A program made the position numbers and the translations under genes. 32,000 nucleotides of DNA from Bdellovibrionales bacterium (GTDB taxonomy: Bacteria; Bdellovibrionota; Bdellovibrionia; Bdellovibrionales; UBA1609): contig OY843585.1 of the NCBI GenBank assembly GCA_963692945.1, forward strand, positions 900,001-932,000, given 5' to 3'. This document shows positions 24,822 through 32,000 of the stretch, in pieces; position 1 is the first letter of the stretch, and every line of letters starts with the position of its first letter. The notes beneath the pieces were generated by a model, which was given only the letters and a program-made list of their open reading frames with translations, made no database searches and was not told where the DNA came from.

Positions 24822-26474
24822 TTAGTCTTTTTTTAAAAGGCGATGGAGAGGTTTTCCAACAGTTGATCTAGGTATGTCTTTTACGAAATTTATTTTTTTA
24901 GGGATTTTGTAAGGAGCTAGATTTTTTTTACAGTAGGTTATAACTTCTCTATAATCAAGACTCTCATCTTTCTTGATAATATAGGCTTTTATGGATTCAG
25001 AAGAATGGTTATCCTTTATTCCAATGACAGCAGCATCCTTAATTTTGGAATGAGCTGCTAAGACACCCTCTATTTCATTTGGATAAACCTTAAGGCCTGA
25101 AATGTTTATCATGTTTTTTTTCCGATCTTTAATATAGAGAAATCCTTTTTCATCAATACAAGCTATGTCTCCTGTTTTGAGCCAGCCATCTTCAGTAAAA
25201 ACAATTTTATTTTCTTCTTCTTTGTTATAATAGCCAGTCATTACCTGAGGTCCTTTAACCTCTAACTCTCCATCTTTGCCGATAGGAAGTTCTAAACCAT
25301 TCGGATTTACAATCCGAATGGTTGTTGATGGTAGAGGAAATCCAATGGAGTTATCTCTTGGATTTTCTAGATCGTTACAACAAACAACAGGGGAGGCTTC
25401 TGTAAGCCCATAGCCTTCCACAATGTAGGTGTTTGTTATTTTTTTCCATATTTTTTGAGTGTTGCTTTCTAAAGCCATACCTCCAGAAACAAAAAACTTC
25501 CAAGTTGAAGTGTTTATATTTTGAAACTTAGGATGAAGAACCAATGCTTTGAATAAAGTATTAACTCCTGTTCCTATTGTTATAGGATATTTTTTCATAA
25601 TAGAGATGAGTTTAGGAATTTGCCTCGGATCTGAAATAAGTATATTTTTAGAGCCATAGAGGAATAATAAAACTCCGTTCACTAAAAAAGCAAAAATGTG
25701 ATAAAGGGGGAGAGGGGCTAAGACGTATTCTTTCCCTTTTTTCAAACTGGAAGAAAGCCAAAGTTCGCATTGTTTAAGGTTGGAAAGAATATTTTTTTGA
25801 CTGAGACAGGCTCCTTTAGGGGTTCCAGTTGTTCCACCGGTGTATTGTATAAAAAGGATGTCATCCATTTGCTTTTTTTGAATTTGAAAGGGATGTTTAG
25901 ATTTAAAAGACAGAGCTTTAGGAAATAAGATGCTATTTGGTAGATTATAAGGTTTTGATTTTTTTTGTATGTGTTTAAATACAAAATTTACAATTTGTTT
26001 TTTTGGAAAACTTAAAAGATCTCCTGGCTCTGTAACTAGAATCGTTTTAATTTGAGTTTCTTCAATAACTTTTTCTAAATTTTTAGCACAGCTAGAAAGA
26101 AGTATAATGGCTTTGACTTTTGAATCCTTTAATATATGAAGAGTTTCCCTTTGTGTATAGATAGGATTAATATTGACAACGGTTAATCCAGAGATAATAG
26201 AAGCCCAAAGACTTACAGGGTATTGAAGAATGTTAGGCAGTTGAATAGCTATCTTATCCCCTTTCTTCAGACCTTTATCTTGTAGATAAGAGGCCAGTTG
26301 AAAGGATAAATTTTTAAGTTGAAGATAGGAAAGCTCTTTGTCAAAACTGATATAAGCTGTTTGGTTCTTGAAAGTTTCACAAGCTTCAAAAAATAAATCT
26401 ATAATATCTTTAGTTATAGGAGGGATTTCATGGGGAATATTTTTAGGATAATTTTTTAACCAAATTTTATTCAT
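24822..26474 (-). CDS. fadD: long-chain-fatty-acid--CoA ligase (AMP-binding / ANL superfamily)
   Basis: AMP-binding motif YTGGTTGTPKGA, plus GYGLTE, GWLKTGD and a C-terminal PKK..GK. Its start overlaps the gpmA stop by 8 nt. Confidence 0.85.
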   Translation of the reverse strand: MNKIWLKNYPKNIPHEIPPITKDIIDLFFEACETFKNQTAYISFDKELSYLQLKNLSFQLASYLQDKGLKKGDKIAIQLPNILQYPVSLWASIISGLTVVNINPIYTQRETLHILKDSKVKAIILLSSCAKNLEKVIEETQIKTILVTEPGDLLSFPKKQIVNFVFKHIQKKSKPYNLPNSILFPKALSFKSKHPFQIQKKQMDDILFIQYTGGTTGTPKGACLSQKNILSNLKQCELWLSSSLKKGKEYVLAPLPLYHIFAFLVNGVLLFLYGSKNILISDPRQIPKLISIMKKYPITIGTGVNTLFKALVLHPKFQNINTSTWKFFVSGGMALESNTQKIWKKITNTYIVEGYGLTEASPVVCCNDLENPRDNSIGFPLPSTTIRIVNPNGLELPIGKDGELEVKGPQVMTGYYNKEEENKIVFTEDGWLKTGDIACIDEKGFLYIKDRKKNMINISGLKVYPNEIEGVLAAHSKIKDAAVIGIKDNHSSESIKAYIIKKDESLDYREVITYCKKNLAPYKIPKKINFVKDIPRSTVGKPLHRLLKKD

Positions 26475-27159
26475 TGTAAGTCTCTTTCTTTAAGATTTGT
26501 TCTTTAGTATCTATAGTGTATATTATTGGTTGTCCTGTGTTTATTTCCAAGGAAAAAATGTCTGAATCAGAAATTTTTTCTAAATACTTAATCAAAGATC
26601 GTAAGCTATTTCCATGAGCTACAATTAAAACGGATTTATTCTTTTGAATTTGAGGTAAAATAAATTTTTTCCAAAAAGAAAGAACTCGTTTTTGTGTTTC
26701 TTTCAAACTTTCTCCTCTGGGAAACTCTTGAAGATCTTTATAAATTTCCTTGTCAGTTGGTTTTTGAGGTTGTGATAGAAGAGGTGGCTTTGTATGAAAA
26801 TCTCTTCTCCATTTTTGAACCATTTTTTTGCCGTACTTATCTATCATGGTCTGCTTGTTTTCCCCTTGAAGTTTTCCATAGTGCTTTTCATTGAGTTGCC
26901 AAGACTTTGTGACAGGTATAGTGAGGTTCAATTCCTTAAGAATATAATTTAAAGTGGCAATGGCTCTTTGTAGGGCAGAAGTGAAAGCTAGGTCAAATGA
27001 GATGGCTTTTTCTTTTAACAAAACTCCTACTTGTTTTGCTTCTTCTATGCCTTTTTGACTTAGCTCAATATCTGTCCAACCTGTAAAAAGATTTTTTTGA
27101 TTCCATAGACTTTGTCCATGGCGAATTAAAACTAGATTATCTTTTGGCATAAGATTCAT
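26467..27159 (-). CDS. gpmA: 2,3-bisphosphoglycerate-dependent phosphoglycerate mutase
   Basis: LVLIRHGQSLWNQKNLFTGWTDIELSQKG (RHG catalytic His motif) and VAHGNSLR. Size is 230 aa; the alternative start is at 27150. Confidence 0.9.
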   Translation of the reverse strand: MNLMPKDNLVLIRHGQSLWNQKNLFTGWTDIELSQKGIEEAKQVGVLLKEKAISFDLAFTSALQRAIATLNYILKELNLTIPVTKSWQLNEKHYGKLQGENKQTMIDKYGKKMVQKWRRDFHTKPPLLSQPQKPTDKEIYKDLQEFPRGESLKETQKRVLSFWKKFILPQIQKNKSVLIVAHGNSLRSLIKYLEKISDSDIFSLEINTGQPIIYTIDTKEQILKKETYNE

Positions 27160-27191
27160 TCTATAGTATATTTTTTTTTTGACAATAATTA

Positions 27192-29456
27192 TTAAAAAAG
27201 TCCTATAGAAAAATGAAACCTATAGTCTGTTCCTATTTTAGGTGGTAATTTATATCCAATATCTAATCCAATAGGTAAAATAAAGGTTTCATATCTAAAG
27301 CCAATACCAACGGAGTGTCCATATTCTGTTAATCTCTTTGTTTGTCCTCCTAGAAAAATCATACCAGTATCATAAAAAAGGAGTCCTTTTAAATTGTTAG
27401 AAACAGGAAACCTTAGTTCTAATTTTAAAAGAGCATAACTGTTTGTTAATACTTTTTCTATTTTGTTATCTAGACTTAATTTTAAAGATTCGTTTGCTGT
27501 TTTAATAGGAGCCACTTTAGAACTAGGTATCCTTTCTCCTTCAATATTTCCATCATAACCTCTAATGGATGTTTGCCCTCCTAATATAAAAGCACGACTT
27601 ACAGGTATGGTTTGTGTGGCTTTTATCAATCCACTTTTTAATGCGAGTGCCAAAGTGTAATGATCCATAAAATTATAATAAAGTTGTTGTTGAAAATAAA
27701 TTTTCCAAAAATCAACATCTGGAGAACTTGCTAAATAGGGAGAAGCCCATTCCCCTGAGATAGAAAACAAAGACCCTTTAGTCGGATTAAAAATATTATC
27801 TCTATTATCCCATTTAAAAGTGAATCCTGAATTTCCAATGCGTTGTAAATTTTTAGGACATTTCTCATTGATACAATCTTCTTTTCGGGTTTCAAAATTA
27901 AATAAATTCCATGTTAGATTAACATGATCTCCTATCGTTTTATTGACAAAAAAACTAATTTGATCTTTATGTATGACATTGATTTTTTCCTGAGAGTAAT
28001 TAAAAATATCTTTAGATTTAGAAACACTTATGTTTCCTTGATAACCTTTTCCTAGGATAAAAACCTCTTTATATCTTCCTGATATTTCATACTCTAAAAA
28101 AGAATTGATATTTATTAAGTTGATTTGTCCATTTGTTTTTAAGAAAATACCTCTTCCATATCCTAAAAGATTTCTATGGCTGAATTCTGTATAAGACCTT
28201 GCTGTTACACCTCTTTCTGAAGTTACACCTATTCCTCCTCTAAAAGAGCGAGATTTTCTTTCCTTAAGGTCAATGATAACATCTATATTAGTGTCAGACA
28301 CCTTTTGATAGTCTATATCTATATGAGAAAATAACTCTGTATCATGAAGGGTCTTTTTAGAATCGTTTATTTTATCAGAAGTTAAAATATCTCCATTTTT
28401 AAATTTTAGAAGATTAAGCACTAGGTTTTTTTTAACTTTATATAGTCCTTTAATAGTTGTATGGGAAATGAAGTTTTGTTTTCCTTCATCAATAATGAAA
28501 ACAAGATTAGCATACAGTTCTTCTTGTTCATATTTTATAATATTTTTTCTGTTTATAATTTTTGCTTTTAGGAATCCTTTTTTTTTGTAAAAACTTTCTA
28601 TACGCTCTATGTCTTCTTCTAAATTTTTTAAGTTAAGAGGGGATTGAACTTTTAATTTCATGTGAGATAAAATATCTCCTATAGGTATAGAATAAAATTT
28701 CTGTAAATTGATGTCCTTTATAATAGTCAAAGGACCTTCCTCTAAAGAGACTTTTATGGTTGCTAGATTTCCATTAAAAATAATACGATCAGGATGAATT
28801 TTACTTTGTAAAAAACCATTGATTCGTAAATGATTGAGTAAGTTTTTATAACCTTTTTCTAAATCTTTTTTATTATAAAAACCTTTCTTAATGAGAGGGG
28901 AACTGTTATTTCTAATAAAATGAACATATTCTGAAGAGGGTTTTGAGAAAAAACCAGAAATTATAATTTTGGCAATACGGATACGAGGACCTTCTTGAAT
29001 ATGAAAATAAACCCACTCTTTCCATTTTTTTCTTTTAATAGTTTGTTTAATATCAACATTTGGAAATCCTTTTTGTTGATAAATAGTTTTAAAATTTCTT
29101 TTAACTGTTTCATACAAATGGACTCCTAGTTGAGTCCCATCTGTTTTAATTGTTTGTTGAAGGTATTTTTTTGTTAAAAAATTATTTCCTTTAATGATAA
29201 ATAGAGTTTTTACAGGATTTTTTATGATGTATTTGTCATTGACTTGCACAATATGAAATTTGAAATAATTGTGTTCAACAAGATATTTTTCAACAGATTT
29301 TTTAGAGATTTTCTTTTTATGAAAATAGTTATTGATTTTTTGTTGTAGATCTTCATTGTTTGTTCTAATTTGTTTAGACGATATAGAGTGATTTTCTCCA
29401 AAGGAATAGAGGCTAGAAGTTAATAATATTGCAATAAATAAAATTATTTTTTTCAT
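27192..29456 (-). CDS. bamA: Omp85/BamA-family outer-membrane protein assembly factor (POTRA repeats plus beta-barrel)
   Basis: About 750 aa. Signal peptide MKKIILFIAILLTSSLYS, POTRA-like segments (e.g. IKGNNFL.., ISGFFS..), a C-terminal barrel with the RGY/RGYD motif (SIRGYDG), and a terminal Phe (FSIGLF). The ATG at 29456 abuts the tamB stop at 29458-29460. Confidence 0.75.
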   Translation of the reverse strand: MKKIILFIAILLTSSLYSFGENHSISSKQIRTNNEDLQQKINNYFHKKKISKKSVEKYLVEHNYFKFHIVQVNDKYIIKNPVKTLFIIKGNNFLTKKYLQQTIKTDGTQLGVHLYETVKRNFKTIYQQKGFPNVDIKQTIKRKKWKEWVYFHIQEGPRIRIAKIIISGFFSKPSSEYVHFIRNNSSPLIKKGFYNKKDLEKGYKNLLNHLRINGFLQSKIHPDRIIFNGNLATIKVSLEEGPLTIIKDINLQKFYSIPIGDILSHMKLKVQSPLNLKNLEEDIERIESFYKKKGFLKAKIINRKNIIKYEQEELYANLVFIIDEGKQNFISHTTIKGLYKVKKNLVLNLLKFKNGDILTSDKINDSKKTLHDTELFSHIDIDYQKVSDTNIDVIIDLKERKSRSFRGGIGVTSERGVTARSYTEFSHRNLLGYGRGIFLKTNGQINLININSFLEYEISGRYKEVFILGKGYQGNISVSKSKDIFNYSQEKINVIHKDQISFFVNKTIGDHVNLTWNLFNFETRKEDCINEKCPKNLQRIGNSGFTFKWDNRDNIFNPTKGSLFSISGEWASPYLASSPDVDFWKIYFQQQLYYNFMDHYTLALALKSGLIKATQTIPVSRAFILGGQTSIRGYDGNIEGERIPSSKVAPIKTANESLKLSLDNKIEKVLTNSYALLKLELRFPVSNNLKGLLFYDTGMIFLGGQTKRLTEYGHSVGIGFRYETFILPIGLDIGYKLPPKIGTDYRFHFSIGLF

Positions 29457-29457
29457 T

Positions 29458-32000
29458 TTAAAAATCAAAACTAAACTCAAAATCTAAACCCATTTTTTGC
29501 TTTTCACTAGAATCAATTTTTATATGCTCTATGTTTTCCCAGAAAGTGGTTAAAGAGATGGAAGGTTTTAAATCATATTTTAATCTGATATCACTTGTAG
29601 GAAATTCTTCAATCGTTCGGCTAAAAGAGGTTCTTAATTTATCAAACCAGACTTTTTTTAGAGCAATTTTTGTAACAGGTTCATTCAAAACATTAATTTG
29701 TGAAGAGATATTTAAACCTAAACCTAGTTTATTTTTTAACTCTTTATTGAGAGATTGATTTAATAAAAAAGATCCAAGGAGATGATAAGAGTAATCCGTT
29801 ACATTTTCTTTAACATTTGCATCAAAGTATTTAGAATTCACTCCAAGGGTCAACATGGATATAATTTCTTTTTCATCAATAGAAGGAGAGCTTTCTAAAG
29901 AAAAATTTAGATTTTTAGCTAAACCATTCACCGTTAAAAAGATTTTATATTCTGTTAAAGTTTCTTGATTGTTTTCAAGTGTATCAATAGATTTTGCTTT
30001 AAATAAAGTTTGAGATTTTATATTAATAAAAGGGTTGTCAGGTGGGGAGTTTTTGAAGCCTACAGATCCAGAAATAATTTTAAATTCTTGATCTCTAAAT
30101 AGGATTAAATTGTCTTCTCTTGCTGTTGAAATATTGAAATCTCCTGTAAGAGAAGGTGATTGTAAGGTGCCAAAAATAGATGAACTGCCTTCAATAGATG
30201 AGTTTAAAACAGAGTTATTGATAGATAGAGGTTGTTTTGTTTCTATTTTAAATTGGAGTTGAAAAGGTGAGAATTTTTTAGATTTTTTTTGTCCTGTTAA
30301 AGAATAGTAGTTTGCTATGTTCATTTTTGTATTTGAAAAATTTTTTGTAATTGTTCCAGAGTTAATCATGTAATGACCATTTAGAAGATAAGGATATCTG
30401 TTCCCTGTGATTTTTACAAATCCATCTCCTTCTGTTGAAAAATCTTTAGGTAGGTTTAAATGAATATTTGAAAAATTGAAAAAAAGATCAACTGTTGGAG
30501 GATTTATAAAATTATAAAGGATATAACCACTTCCTGAGCTAGACCCTAAACCTATAGAGCTTTTAAATTTAGAAATTTTTATTTTTGTATTATTTATTTG
30601 AAGAGAAGAGTTGATGTTAGAGAAATCTGGCAAAGTGTCTATAGAGATAGTTCCATTCTTGATTTTTACAGTTCCTTGAGGATTCCATTGTTTTAGATTT
30701 CTACTTGTTATTAAATGGGTTTGAATATTTCCATCTAAATTGTTTAGGGCAGGAAATAATATAGAGATAAAAGATAACGAAGTGTCTCCCGATAAGAGCA
30801 ATTGGTTATCTTTTTTTTGAATTCTAAATTTTTTCCGATTGTATTGAGAGAAAGATACAGGGTCTAAGAGCCAAGCTTCTTTTGAAAAAGAAATAGAAAA
30901 AGGTTTTTTGCTTTTTAACCATTTTTTTTCTTTAAAAAGGAAAAAGTCTTTTATGTGTAAATGCCCTTTCCAAAATCTACTTTTAGTTTGGCTGATAAAT
31001 AAGTTGATATTTCCTTTTAATCTTGAATAGTAGTTCTCTGTCGTTTCTTTCTGATTTTTTGCTCTCAGTATTTTTATAAGGTCAAAATTAAAAAAGTCTC
31101 CATGGATAAAGATAGGTTCTTGTTTTGAAAAAGGATAGTAGAATTTTTTAATTAAAAATTTATTGATGATATTTCCAGAAAGAGTTAAGCCTTTTTTGTT
31201 AATGCTTATTTTAGCTTTTGTGTCCTCTACAGAAAAAGTGTAGAGAAAAGCATCTGAAACACTAAATTCTCCGACTCCTTTAGGATTTTTTAAAGCACCT
31301 AGAATTTTCATATTAAAATTTAAAAATCCCGATTGTTTAAAAGGTAAAAAGGAAGTTAATAAATTTGAACTTTCTATAGATAAATTTGTTCCTTTTACAG
31401 TTAAGTTGAAATTTTTGTTAAAATCTCCTGAAGCTGTAATGAGTCCAGAGCCTTTTGTTAAAGAGAGGTTTTTTAAAAGACCCTGTCCTTCTTTTGAAGA
31501 AATATCAAAGTCAACTCTTTGAAAAATTTCTTTTTGAATATGCGTATTAAAGAAATTTCCAGAAAGATCAAAAGAAAGATTTTTCTTAGAGTTCCAAGGT
31601 TTTTTTATAAAAAAAGCTGCTGTTCCTGTTCCTTTAATATCCAGAGGCCATTTAATATTTGCTTCAATGGCTTGCTTAATATCTTGAATGTCTATAAAGG
31701 AAAAGGTTCCTTTGACAATCGATTCTTTTTTATTGAAATCTATAGAACAATATCCTTGAAAATGACTTTTTCCAGGAATAGATTTTATGTTTTTAAAAAT
31801 GATTTTTTGATTTTTGAAATTAAATTGGCTGGTGATGGTTTTTAACTTGTACTTTTCTATTTCTAATAAGTCAGAATTAAGATAACCTTTTGCTGTAAAA
31901 ATTCCTTTATTCAATTTAAATAAGCTGTTTTCTAATTTGATAGATCCTTTTAAATCAAGAGGTGTATTAAAGGCTATATCTCTATTTAATTCAGCAAATC
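29458..32000 (-). CDS. tamB: TamB-like translocation/assembly module protein (DUF490-type C-terminus), 5' end beyond the window
   Basis: The frame stays open upstream of the TTG at 31914 all the way to base 32000. The protein is long, beta-rich and Asn/Ser/Lys-rich with repetitive strand pattern, and its C-terminus is ...GLDFEFSFDF. It lies immediately upstream of, and coupled to, the Omp85 gene. Confidence 0.65.
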   Translation of the reverse strand, partial: FAELNRDIAFNTPLDLKGSIKLENSLFKLNKGIFTAKGYLNSDLLEIEKYKLKTITSQFNFKNQKIIFKNIKSIPGKSHFQGYCSIDFNKKESIVKGTFSFIDIQDIKQAIEANIKWPLDIKGTGTAAFFIKKPWNSKKNLSFDLSGNFFNTHIQKEIFQRVDFDISSKEGQGLLKNLSLTKGSGLITASGDFNKNFNLTVKGTNLSIESSNLLTSFLPFKQSGFLNFNMKILGALKNPKGVGEFSVSDAFLYTFSVEDTKAKISINKKGLTLSGNIINKFLIKKFYYPFSKQEPIFIHGDFFNFDLIKILRAKNQKETTENYYSRLKGNINLFISQTKSRFWKGHLHIKDFFLFKEKKWLKSKKPFSISFSKEAWLLDPVSFSQYNRKKFRIQKKDNQLLLSGDTSLSFISILFPALNNLDGNIQTHLITSRNLKQWNPQGTVKIKNGTISIDTLPDFSNINSSLQINNTKIKISKFKSSIGLGSSSGSGYILYNFINPPTVDLFFNFSNIHLNLPKDFSTEGDGFVKITGNRYPYLLNGHYMINSGTITKNFSNTKMNIANYYSLTGQKKSKKFSPFQLQFKIETKQPLSINNSVLNSSIEGSSSIFGTLQSPSLTGDFNISTAREDNLILFRDQEFKIISGSVGFKNSPPDNPFINIKSQTLFKAKSIDTLENNQETLTEYKIFLTVNGLAKNLNFSLESSPSIDEKEIISMLTLGVNSKYFDANVKENVTDYSYHLLGSFLLNQSLNKELKNKLGLGLNISSQINVLNEPVTKIALKKVWFDKLRTSFSRTIEEFPTSDIRLKYDLKPSISLTTFWENIEHIKIDSSEKQKMGLDFEFSFDF

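Noticed and set aside
677-31845. Small internal or antisense ORFs: 677-898(-), 3681-3884(+), 6554-6736(-), 16497-16688(-), 18780-18983(+), 25742-25984(-), 26694-26894(+), 29531-29758(+), 31519-31845(+)
   Set aside because: Each is nested within a well-supported longer gene on the same or opposite strand. Their composition is low-complexity and Lys/Phe/Ile/Asn-rich, as is typical of off-frame translation of AT-rich coding DNA.

Overview
Low-GC (roughly one-third GC by eye) chromosomal segment from a diderm (Gram-negative-type) bacterium; I cannot place the taxon from sequence alone. Three zones. (1) 1-8550: housekeeping genes guaB (5' cut by the window edge), guaA, dnaE, a secreted hypothetical, lipB and tRNA-Val(GAC). 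(2) 8565-18404: an accessory-looking segment bounded by tRNA-Val and tRNA-Ser(GGA). It holds a Cys-rich secreted protein with weak lytic-transglycosylase-like motifs. It also holds FOUR tandem paralogs of an unusual fusion: signal peptide, trypsin-fold serine protease domain, then 5-6 Sel1-like repeats. Each paralog follows the same ~65-bp upstream element. A NYN-domain (PIN-like RNase) gene sits directly behind a strong intrinsic terminator. Two blocks of structured short repeats and three copies of a junction carrying the 3' end of tRNA-Ser (att-like scars) complete the zone. No integrase, transposase or phage gene is visible. (3) 18477-32000: PPP-family phosphatase, two small beta-barrel OMP candidates, oligopeptidase B, an unknown 399-aa protein, fadD, gpmA, and a bamA-like/tamB pair (tamB runs off the right edge). 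The best candidate for something undescribed is the amplified protease::Sel1-repeat family with its tRNA-Ser-linked repeat architecture and embedded terminator-NYN module. All functional calls rest on motif recognition by eye, not on database searches.
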